From Paraspadella gotoi (taxonomy: Eukaryota > Animalia > Chaetognatha), in the NCBI GenBank assembly GCA_051294375.1, contig CM119263.1:5906382-5970381 (forward strand): a DNA stretch of 64,000 nt, given 5' to 3'. The position numbers were made by a program, and so were the translations under genes. Below, piece by piece: positions 21,679-33,140 of this stretch. The stretch's first letter is position 1. Each line of letters starts with the position of its first letter. The notes under the pieces are model-generated. The model was not told the DNA's origin. It made no database searches and worked only from the letters and a program-made list of their open reading frames with translations.

Positions 21679-24600
21679 ATGCCACTCTTCTCACTCAAGA
21701 ATCCCTTCGACGAAGCGGTGGAGGCGGCGACGCCAGCGGAAAATCCTGAAAATGAAGGAATTATCGTTTCTCGGTTTCTTCCCGTCGCCGATAAAATCGA
21801 CGCATGCGCACCAGGTCATTGTTGAGGTTCCCAGTTATTCTTGTAGATGTTTTTGTCCGGCGTCCTAGCTAAGTTTTGTTTATTTTTTTGTTTTCAAACA
21901 GTTTAAGTAAAATCAATAAAATTATCTAAATTTAACATGTAATATAGCGGTAATTACTTCAAAACTTTTATTTACAAAATTTTGAATGTCAACTATTTTT
22001 TGTAAAAGAAAGAGTCATAGTTTTTTGACAAGCATTAGTATTTCTACAAATGTTAGACAAGAAGAAAGTTTATTCCCAATTATTTCAATCAACAGTTTTG
22101 ATAAGGTCTGTTGTTGTCTCGATGCAGTCGTCCAATTTCTGCGCAGAATTCCAGCTGCTCTGCGTCGACAATGAAGCGGCGCTGAGTTGCGCGCGCGGCC
22201 AGCACTGTCGCTGGCAGATGCAGCTTCCCTTCCGCCTCCACCTGCTGCATTATATTAAGCGCGACTACAAAGAGGCCTGACTTGTGGCACCCATCGAGGC
22301 AGTGGACGAGCATTTTGGCGCGATTCTCTGGAAGAGTCAGCAAGAGGCGATTCACCTTTAGAAGGACCTCATAGAACCTCATGTGATCTGGCAGATGGTC
22401 GTCCTCGGGCCAACAATCGACGCTGATGTGCGTTAGATCAAAATCATCATTATCTTCCTTTGGACAGACTCTCATTGATCGCTTTGTCAGAATCTCATCA
22501 ATGCGATCCTTATTCAAACTTTCAACTTTCATCAACTTGAGCTTCTTTTTTGTTTGAGGCCAATAATCTGGAGCCCCGTCGGATCTGCAATTCAGTGCAA
22601 CGATGACTCCAAGTTGTTGCTCCATGACCAGAGTCCAAAAGTCGTCCACCGTGTTCTCTAAAGGCGCTTGAGTGACGATGCAACCGGCCTTCATTAAAAA
22701 TGTGTCAACGAATCCTGCATTGATGTATGTGTTGCCATCTGGAGGAATAAAGGTGGCGATATGCAACATGGAGTGGTCCTGGTAAAAAGGGCCATCTCTG
22801 TAGCGGTTCTTATCAGAATTCTCTGTCATCATTGAGAAAGAGGACTTGGTTACTGTGTGATCAGAAATCAATCCAAGACGATCAAAGAGCTCTGAAAACT
22901 CAGATTGACTCTGATGCCTGCCATTCTCATGTTTCAAGTTAGTCCCACAGTGAATTGCCAGTGCATTGTATACAAGTTTATATTGAGTAGACGTCTGCAC
23001 CATTTTAAACCTAAATTGTCGCATATGTCGAACAGTAGAGCTGACATTGACGACACCTAGGGATTCTGCTTCATCAAGCAAGTTCCAGATTGCAATACAA
23101 GTGCCGGTCCTACCAACGCCGGCGCTGCAATGAACAAGGATAGGAGAATGAGGTGGTTTGCAAGAGATTCTGGACGAGACGACGAATTGACGAACCACAT
23201 GAACAAATGAAGCTATTGTTGATGGTGTACGAGGAATGTCTTTGTCTGGCCATGAAATGAAATGGTACTGCATGACTCTTCGTGGAAGAGAGAGAGAACC
23301 ATCTTCGTTTTCCTTACAAATGTACATTTCACGGATGATATAATTAGAGCGATAGTTTTCATTCTCCAGCCTGACGGAGACACCGCCGAAAGAAAGAGAA
23401 CAGCCAATCCCCTTGGGCCAATATTGCTCACACTTTTTTTTGCCTTCCTCAATCAAGTTGGTAAGCATCACCAACACTTTCACATTCTGCTGCCAGATCA
23501 TCAACCAAAAATCGTCTACAGTTGAACGGCGTGGACCCTGACTGGCTATGAATGCTTTTTTTTCAAAGAAGCCAGGGATGTAATTCGCATTTATGTAGTC
23601 GGATGAAGAATTATCCGTCTTTTTGTCAGATAATTTGTCATTAATCTTGAGGTTGACATACATTTGATTGTCATCTCCACTATCAGAGTTTTCTTGATGG
23701 AGAATTACTCTCGAGTGATCATAGGCAGGGATATCCTGAAATCGATTTTTTCCCTTGTTCTCAGGACGGCTCGACACTTCATGTCCAAACTCAATTTTAT
23801 CTGGAATCGAAGAATATTCTTCTTTAAAATCTTTCGCACTTCTTTCTTCTCCATAAACAAGATTGAAGATATCCTTGACTGAAATGGATCCAACATCTGA
23901 GGCTTTGGCCCAAGTGGCACGCGGAGGGCGCGGCTGCGGGGGCACAACCGCCACTCCCTCGTTACGTGTCTTAGGCAGTGGCTTTTGCCGACCAGATTCT
24001 TCTCGTTGCATCGAAGTATTAAAGGCGATGTTGACGCTGCCCCGATTTTCGGCGGAGAAATTGACGGATTGCGTCGAGTTTCGAGAGATTTTTTTCGATC
24101 GACGGCGAAATAAAATAACAATAGTGATAATTACGGCTAAACAAATGACGAGAGACAAAGAGATGATAAATGGTACAACCCATTCTTGTGAAGAAGGAAC
24201 GCGATTGACTAATTTGTAAACCATCAGCGTTCTATTTTCTTGCATTCCATCCACTTCAGTTTCAATGATGAAACTAAGTTTGTAGGTTTTACTTCCTGAC
24301 AAACGGTTTCCCTCGCAACTTCCGTTTCTAACGATGCCATTCAAAATCTCCACCGGTTTTCCCAAATTTTCTTGTTTTGTGAAAACTGTGATAGGAACGT
24401 TACTGTTAACAGTTTTGCAAGCTGAGTTTGTAGATCTTCTGTGTCTCAAGTGTGTAGCATAATCCTTTTGGTCTTTATTATCTTCAAATGCAATTATGAG
24501 GATTTTTACGACATTTTTATCAGGCCAAGTGACAGGCGCTGGGATCAGACAAACTGCATCGATATCACAGATTATATCATCTTTAATAAATGAAGTTAAC

Positions 24601-27600
24601 GTTACATTTGGCGTTTCAATTTTACATGTTTTTCCAAAATATGAATTTCCACAGTGGCATGAATAATCACCACAAGAATTGGCACAACTCTTACCATTGT
24701 GACATGGATTGTTTTTGCATTCATCTATGTCAACACAAAATCCTGTTGATGTTTCCTTTTCTTTACAAATTTCGTCCGTAGTTAAATTCCAATTTAGCCA
24801 TTCAAAATCCTTTTTATTTTTTGAAATTTGTTGGCAGGTGATTATGTTTTTTACTTTGTTTGACATTTCGTATCCTTTTTTACATGATAAGTTGCACCGA
24901 GAATTATGGAAAGTTTTTTCTGTACAGTTCACATTCCCAATCCCTTTTTTGGTTGTTTTGCTGATAATTTCCGGAAGAGAGCAATTAACGGGATCGCATC
25001 TCGTGGGAGTAATTTCTTTCCACGAAGCCTGGTGATTTATTTTAGCTTGATGACAGTTGAAATTCCCGCCAATACGATAATAACCGGCTTTGCAATCAAT
25101 AGTACAATTTGAGTTGAACGAAGACGAACAGTCAGGATCTTCAGCATTCTTTACGGTGATTGGTTCATAGCAAGCGACTGCTTTACACTTTGGGTATGAG
25201 AAATAGCCCATTGGATTTTCTTCGTCTTCACCTTGTTTACAAACAGAAGTAAGGTTGTCAAAATCTGAAATCCATTGTCCTAACTTACATTCAAATAAGC
25301 ACGAATGTCTGTATTCATAACGGGTATCTGATTCACACGTTTTTAGCACAGTTGTTTGAGATATGTCTTTTTCCTTAATCTGACAATAAATCTTGTTGCA
25401 AGAGGCTAAATTGTTTTTCCAATTTGCATCTTGAGATTCACCTTTTTTTTCCTGTTCACAAAATCGATTCTTTGTGCCGTTTCTGTAAAAACCATCATCG
25501 CATGAGACAGAACAGTAGGTTCCAGCAACGATATGCCCTTTTGTGCAATTAGACTTAGTATTCTGTTTTTTATAGAGATTACAAACTGCTTGACCCAGGC
25601 AATCATTTCCATAATGGCCGTATTTACAAGTTGATGGGCAAACTCCTGAAAAGGTGTTGCACTTTTTTGCGCCAGAACAATTACATTCTAGCGTGCAATT
25701 TTTGCCATAATGTTCATTTTGGCAATTATTATCATTCTTGTCTAATTGTTTTAGAACCAAATCGTCAATGGAAATGCCATTTTCATGGATCGATATTTTA
25801 TGACTAGCTTTATCTGATATTAAAAATTCTTCATATTTTGACCAATTGTAACTTTTTGTCAGAGAAATACTTTGTTCATTGATGCCAATAAAAGTTGAAC
25901 TACGAGAAGAAAGGTAATAAAAGAAACTGAGCTGAGTATCAATTTTCGAATTTAAGTAAATGTCCCTTTGAACTTTATATTGGTTCGTTGCAAACTTTCC
26001 ATTGCAAGCAGTTAGACAGTATTCATAATAATTCTTCTTATTTGACGAGGGTTGGGCATCAGCAGTGCATCCCCCATTTTTTTTATCACAATAGCACCAA
26101 TCTCCCTTTTTATCATTATCAGTTAGCGTACATGAATTGCCCAAATATTTGTCTTTGCTCCACGGCAAACACTTAATAGATTTTCCTTTCGTATTAAAAT
26201 GTTCGTCTCTTAAGATACTTTCCGTTTTTTTGCATTTCTTTTCATAGTAGATGATAGGATACTTAATTGCTGTATAATCTGTTTTGGCGTTTTTATTTAT
26301 TCTAAAACCATAACACTTAAATTTTTTATCATTTTTTACACTTGCGAAGAAAGTTTCGCCCTGTTTAGTGTACAATGTGACTCTATCATTGATGCAGGTT
26401 TCATCTTTGGAACCAAACAGAAAGAAGGAGTTGTCTTTTCCTTCTGGTGCATAGTTTGAAAACTTGCTAGTATGTATATTAAAGGAGAATTTAGAGAGAG
26501 AAAATGGTTCATTGGCGCTGAACCAAATTGATTCGTTTGTCGCAATTTCTTTATTTTTCTTTGCGCACCAATAACCACCATCATAGAAAGCTTTTTTTGG
26601 AAGATACCCAGAGTCGTACACTGATGATGCCCCAACCGTTCCTTCGTTCTCAAAAAAGGGTTTATCCAATTTGACCTCCTCTTCCCCAATGGCCAACGTA
26701 TGATCTCCGATTGGCCCTTCCATCTTTGTCGACCCCACGCTTCCCCATCCGGTCTCGATGCTCCAACCAGAACCAAATTCCGTCTCATGAATTTTTGATG
26801 CTGCAGAATCAAAGTCGACTTTTGCTGCTTCGCAAGCAAACCGCAATTTAGAATTGCAATCAAATGTCTCCAAGCACAGTGTTGGGGAGGTCTTCTGCTT
26901 GACCCAAGCAACGCAATCGTGGTCTTTTCCTTGTGGTGAACGACACCAGGGAAGAGGAAGTTTAGTTGAGGAAAATCTGTCTTGGTTTTGATTCCACCAA
27001 AAGTTGACGTCTGATCCTCTTTTAAAAAATCCCGTCCAAACGCGGAGAGGATTTTCGATCCGTGAGTCGGGCGATCGACGTCGTCGGCGATTTGACTGTG
27101 ATTCCGGGATGGAAATTACATTCGGGTATTGGGTGGCATTTGCAGGGGATGGGAGAGAGAATTTTCCTTCGGGCGTTGAACCGACGAGATTAATTATAGC
27201 TTCGTTGCTTGGGATTGCTTGGTTTGCAAGCTCTTTGTAAATTGTGAAATTTGTGGCGTTTGTTATTTCAATATTCGTAATTGGAGCAAATGTGGAGGCG
27301 ACTGAGGCTGTGGTTGCATCGATTGTCGCTCTGACAGTGGTTGCTTCTCGGTTGGCGACTGAGGTCGTGGTAACAACATTTGTGGCTCCGGCAGTCGTGG
27401 CGTCTTGGTTGGAGACTGAGGTTGTGGTTGCAACGTTTGTAGCTCCGTAGTCTGTGGTGTCTTGGTTGGCGACTGAGGTTGTGGTTGCAACATTTGTGGC
27501 TCTGGCAGTTACGGCATCTTGGTGACTGAGTGTTGTGTGCAACATTTGTGGCTCCAACTGTCGTGGCGTCTTGGTTGGTGACTGAGGTTGTGGTTGCAAC

Positions 27601-28354
27601 GTTTGTAGCTTTGATGGTTGTGTTGTCTTGGTTGGCGACTGAGGTTGTGGTTGCAACATTTGTGGCTCCGGCAGTCATGGCGTCTTGGTTGGTGACTGAG
27701 GTTGTGGTTGCAACGTTGTAGGTCCGGTTGGTTTTGTGGTAAGTCGGCTTGGTTGGTGACTGAGGTTGTGGTTGCAACGTTTGTAGGTCCGGTGGTTGTG
27801 GTGTCTTGGTTGGTGACTGAGGTTGTGGTTGCAACGTTTGTAGCTCCGGTGGTTGTGGTGTGTTGGCTGGTGACTGAGGTTGTGGTTTTAACGTTTGTAG
27901 CTCCGGGGGTTGTGGCGTCTGTGTTGGCGATTCTGGTGACGGCAGAGGATTTAGTTTGGGTTTCAGCTGACGTCGGTTGCTGCAAAATTGTCTTCAATGT
28001 CGGAAGAAATGCTGAGTCACTCTCGCGATAGGATTCCTCTTGAGATCCTTGTCTCCCGAACAATGAAGACAATGGCGCGAGAACTGAAGCAACCTTTGGT
28101 TCTTGAAGGACAGAATCCTCAGTTGTCTTTGTCATCGACATCCCGAGTGCGTCGTCGTCCACGACGTCTTTGAGGCGTTCGATGGAGAATCGCGAAGACG
28201 CGAGTCTGACGCCAAATTTAGTCCAACATCTTTCAACCGATTGTCGCCAGTCGAGTCGCTCGTCCACGATGGTTAATGGAAGAATCTCAGGGCGAAGAGG
28301 AGAGAAGAAGAGAGGGAGAAGGAGGAAGATGGATAGGCAGCGCATGGTAGAGAG

Positions 28355-28403
<49 letters not shown>

Positions 28404-28698
28404 ATTTTCAAAGAATTCCACGTAATTTCAGTTTTCTTTTTTTTTCCGATTGATTTCGATTCCGATTAAAGTTGATCAAAAAAATTCTGAAGTGACGGAC
28501 TTTGCCATGATCCTTTTTTAGAAGTATGCTTCTCAGATAATGACTCTTTCTCTATCAGTGACTCTGTCTCTCGCTCGGACCCGCTTGAGTTTCGAATTAG
28601 TTTTCGTCATCGAGATAATTTACGCGATTTTTTTTCAAGCGGAACTTGAATGGTTTTTACCCGAGTCATGAGGGATAGACTTATGGATAAAAAAACAA

Positions 28699-28767
<69 letters not shown>

Positions 28768-31700
28768 GAGTCAAACAGACAAATTAAATATAAAAATTAT
28801 GAGAAGAAAAGAGAAAAATAGCCACACCTGATAAAATTCCCAGCTGGACTAAAAAAGATTGAAATTGAAAACAAGAATATCTATAATTATAATATTATAA
28901 TAGAATAGAAATATAAATATAACCGTTAACTATGTATTCATAAACTAGTGGATGAATTGACTAACCCTAACCCTAAACGACAACCATAACAACAACTTAT
29001 ATTGACAATCAGGATCAAAAGCGAAATCAACAGCCTGTTCCGATTGCCTTCGTTCAGTTTGGAAACGCGTCAAGAACAACGATTCTTTGGTCAGATGAGT
29101 CTCTGTCTCTCTCTGTCTTTGTTTTAGTCTTTGTCTTTATCACTTTTTATCTGTGTCACTTTGTCCCTCATTTTGATTCTTTGTCTATCTGTCAGTCGGT
29201 CTTTTTGTTTTAGTTCCTTTTCCCTTATATCAATTAACTTTGTTTATTCCATTTCCTGTTGCCTACGAAATTCTGCTGAGTATAAAGCGTCATAAAAAGG
29301 AACGATTCGAAGAGAACGAGAGAAGGGATTTTTTTCTCATTGATGTACTGTATGAAAGTTTCAAGGTTACTTGTTTTAGCATATTTTTGAAGAAAATTTG
29401 TTTAAATATTAGAAAAATACAGTTAATACTTTTGTCAATTAAAGAAAAAACTTTTAAGTTAGCACAATATATTTTAAGAATCTAACAATAAAATTTAGTA
29501 TTATCTACTTTTAGCATATTTGTGAATATTTTAAAGTGTGATGGAGGTTAGTGTTGTCTTTTGGAAATAGAGGGATCATCTAAATTTCTTAATTTTATCT
29601 AATTTTTATATACTTTTCATTCAAATACCATCGATTTGTTTAGAATGAAATCTTATGGGCTTTTTCGTCATTAAAATTTGTATGCAAATTATTTATTATT
29701 ATTTGTTTATATTAATTTTTTATCAGTCAAAGTGATCAGTCGGAATGAGTCAGAGTATTTTTTACAATATCCCGATTCATTTAGGTTTAATCCTTCTCCT
29801 TCCGGTCATTCATTTTATTTTGTCTCCCTCGATACCAATTTTTCGTTAAGCATTAATATTTAATGAGCACTTGGAATCATTTTATCATTTTCCTCTTCCC
29901 CAGGTTGGACTCCACGCGGTCTCCCTTCTCGACTTCCTCGTCAAGAACGCCGGAGTTCAGTTCCTCGGAGTTCTTGATGATCGAGATTTCGTTTTGAAGA
30001 TGAGCGACTTCGTGAAGACAAAATTAGAGGAAAAGCAGCAGCACCACAAACCGGTCGCAGAGTCCCTGAAAGGTGAGCACCACCGCGGCACCACTTTCCG
30101 GTCGCAGAATCCGTGAAAGGTGGTTGTACAACCCCTTATGAATTGCCTATATTAATCGAACAATATCATTTTGAAAGTAATGAGAATTTGAAATTTGATT
30201 AACAGAGAAAGAGACATACAAAATTACCAACCAACCAAGAAGTGACTCGAAAGTTTCTCGCAACGGAAATAAAAAGAAAATTGATATTTTAATTATTTGT
30301 TTAATAACAAAGGCTAAGTAAAACATCTTTAATCAGAATAAAAACCCCCAACTACAGCGCGCATCCAAGAATGGGCTGAAGGAGAAATGAAGCACATAAC
30401 TTGGATTCCTGTTGGTCCATTTGAGGAAAGAAGAAAAGAAAGGAGCAACGTCAGGGGTCTATATAACATCATGAGGAGACAGGGGTGAGAGAGATAAATG
30501 GAAAGATAACAATATTACGTGTTTAAGTAATTTTTATAATTATGAAATTTCAACAGCCAATATAAAAATTATTCATTCTCTTAATAAAAGAATAATAATA
30601 AAATCGCAGGTCCTTGCAAGTCTTTAATCCAGTCTCTCTCACAGTCTAGTTTATTCACTATCGATTCATCTGGCTTCTCTGTTAATAAAGTTGTATAATG
30701 TTTCAAAGAAAAGAAAAAATATTTAAATTGTATAAAAGGATTACTCTATTATGTTATAAATATAACGATATTTTTTCTTTCTCTTAGTTACTCGTTTCCG
30801 CCTTTGAAATTCGTCGATTCTTTGGCATCAGAAACAACGATGGAATCAGAAATCGAGAGAAGAGAAAAAGAAGAATTGGACAGAGCGATTCAGGTCTTTG
30901 TGATTCAAATCTTCAAATCTTCAAATCTTCAAATCATCGCCAAATCATCGCCAAATCATCGCCAAATCGTTTAGGGTCATGGTGATTCTTGTTGCTGTTT
31001 ACTTTAAAACTTTGATTCTTTAAATTATGGAAATCGCCTAATCGCCAAATTTCCTCATCTCCAAACCCCCAGGCTTCCTTGCGCGAAACTTCGCTTCCAA
31101 AATCTCCGCCGCCTCCTTACGAATTTTCCGTCCCTGCACACGTCAATGCTCCATCGCACGCATCAACTTCCGCCTCGCATGCATCGACCTCCGCTTCGCA
31201 CGCTGCGTCACCTTTTTCCCACGCAGCGCCAGCTTCTGCGGCGGAAATCCGTTCTACACAGAATCGGGCAACTTCCATTTATCCTGGATATCAAATTTGT
31301 GAGAGTCACATGAAAATGACATCCTGATGTCATGAAGAAATGCGAAAGAAGACATAAAATTGACGAGATTGAAAACTGTTATAACTTTGATGTGCGATCA
31401 ACACAAAAAAGTTATGGCATGAAAAGGACGATCTTAAGGCATGCTTGGCTGAGCTCATAACCCTCTAGCTTTTTTATCTATCAAGGACTAATATCAATGT
31501 CTCTGCTTGTCTCTGACCGACATTATTTCCTCCCTGCAGTGGCCGACAATCCCTGGCCGCCAAAACTCGTCCGCGCCATCTATGACTTCGAAGCGATGGA
31601 GGCCGACGAATTATCTCTCTCCGTGGGCGATCTCGTCAAAATCTTTGACGCCACCGACGCGAGTTGGTGGCGTGGGAAGAACGCCACATCCGGGGGGGAG

Positions 31701-32814
31701 GGACTGTTCCCCGCCTCATTTGTGGAGGAGGAGGGGAAAGGGGGAGAGTAAGAGAGGGTGGGAGGGGAGGAAAACGTGAGAAGACTGAGGGGAAGGGAGA
31801 AAGGGGAAGGGGGAAAAAAGGAGGTGGTTGGAGGAAGGTGAAACGTTAGAGGGGAAGGAGAAGAGAAAGGGGGGGGAAGTAAGAGGGGAAGCGGAAGGGA
31901 ATAGATTTGAGAGGATAGTTAGAGGAGGATGGGATTATGAAAAAAAGGAACGAGAAATGAAGGGAAGAGGGAAGGAGAGAAAACATCCTCATGTTTTGAT
32001 TCTTCACCCGAGGAGGCGAAAACGTCGTTTTTCCGCTTTATTTCTTTCAAGAAAAAACGAGAAATTCACGAAGAAAGAGGAGGGAAAAAAAGAAAGAAAA
32101 GAAGAGAAGAAAAGAGAGGAAGAGAAGGAGAGAAAAGAGGAAAGGGAGGAATCTCCCTCGATGGTGGCGCCAGTTATCGACGAGGAAAAGATCAAGAGGG
32201 CGCTTCACCTCATTCAACACGTCGATCCTTCGCGAACGAAAGACGAGGATGAAGATCGAAAATTGGAAGAGTTGGAGGCGAGTTTATTGGAGGGGGGCGT
32301 GGGGGGGGGGAAGTGATCAGCTGGAGAGTCAATTGAATAGGGAAATTAGATTTTTAAAATGGTATCAAAATACAATTTTAATAAAGGTTATATTGAATAT
32401 CAAAATAGCTTTTGAAAGCAGGCAGTAGGGTTTTCTTAAATGATAGATATACCATTTTGTATTGTTCAGTGTTTAATGTACTTCCTTCTTCGTATTTTTT
32501 TCCCCCACCGCCAGACGGAATGCCTGGCCATGGGGCCCGAGATCGACGCTACGCTCGAGGCGACGGACAAGCGACATCTGGAGATCATGGATTTGAACAA
32601 ACGTCTGGCAGATGCATTACAGATGTATCACTTTCTCATGATCAGAGAGAAACAGGCGCAAGGTAAGGGGAGGAGGAAGAGGATGAGGAGGAATTGGAAG
32701 ATGACATAAATAATTGAATTAAAGATTTGTAAACTGAAATTAATTAACTAAAGATAGACATTTCTTCCTTAAGATGGCTCTCTGCCCGGAAATCCACAAT
32801 CGACATTTGGTTAG
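21679..32814 (+). CDS. STAM: STAM (signal transducing adaptor molecule, ESCRT-0): VHS-UIM-SH3-GAT/coiled coil, 10 exons, about 487 aa
   Basis: Exons 21679-21814, 29013-29089, 29904-30072, 30358-30484, 30788-30893, 31073-31298, 31540-31747, 32052-32277, 32515-32662 and 32774-32814 total 1464 nt in consistent phase. Motifs: MPLFSLKNPFDEAVEAAT, DCLRSVWKRV, UIM EKEELDRAIQASL, SH3 VRAIYDFEA...WWRG...GLFPASFV, GAT IDEEKI...CLAMGPEIDATLE. The last exon is least certain. Confidence 0.9.
22089..28345 (-). CDS. Intronless receptor-type protein tyrosine phosphatase (about 2085 aa, tandem D1/D2), nested antisense in STAM intron 1; two frameshifts in the repeat region
   Basis: ATG 28345 starts a signal peptide (MRCLSIFLLLPLFFSP). 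Three overlapping ORFs join across frameshifts near 27745 and 27535. TM helix at about 24108-24180. D1 has KNRF, DYINA, WPD, HCSAGVGRTG and QTSTQY. D2 has KNRY, WPE and HCLDGCHKSG. Ectodomain contains CTL, MAM, F5/8-like, kringle-like, EGF, 4 Sushi-like and cbEGF motifs. Confidence 0.92.
27290..27925 (-). repeat. Coding 45-bp tandem repeat (15-aa mucin-like unit ATNVATTTSVTNQDATT.G), about 12-14 copies
   Basis: Repeated GACTGAGGTTGTGGTTGCAAC at 45-bp period. Confidence 0.92.
28699..28766. repeat. (GATA)n microsatellite
   Basis: About 17 units. Confidence 0.9.
30540..30720 (-). mobile_element. Diverged interspersed repeat, possible Penelope-like 3' fragment; same family as 34650-35080
   Basis: Shares TATGAAATT..CCAATATAAAAA and GCAGGTCCYTGCAAG..CTCTCTCACAGTCT.GTTTATTCACT with 34650-34890. 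The minus strand reads ...NKLDCERDWIKDLQ, weakly like the 'E..WI..L' end of a GIY-YIG domain. Confidence 0.45.
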
Positions 32815-33140
32815 GCCGACAAGCCGACAACCCCGTGATCGATTAGTCGACAAGCCGACGATTGATTGGCGGCCTCGTTCGACTGACGTGAGAAATATCA
32901 GTGCTGTTGATTTACCGACAAAACGACGCGAGTGACCGACAGGAGCGAATGACAATGAAATCAAAGAAAAAGTGATAATTTCACATATTGTGTAGGTGAA
33001 ATATTTAATGAGTGATCATTACAAACTTTGAAACACATTTTGTTTCTTTTTTTTGACTTTTAATGCTGTCAGGGACACGATATATTTTATTGTATTTTTA
33101 AAATGTGTATGGTGGACTAAAATCCACCAACGGTTCATCA

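Noticed and set aside
28961-28977. CTAACCCTAACCCTAA telomere-like motif
   Set aside because: Only about 2.5 units; it may simply supply the branch point for STAM exon 2.
30050-30125. Duplicated end of STAM exon 3 giving a second donor at 30119
   Set aside because: It is 47 nt downstream, out of frame and after an in-frame TGA, so it cannot give a productive isoform.
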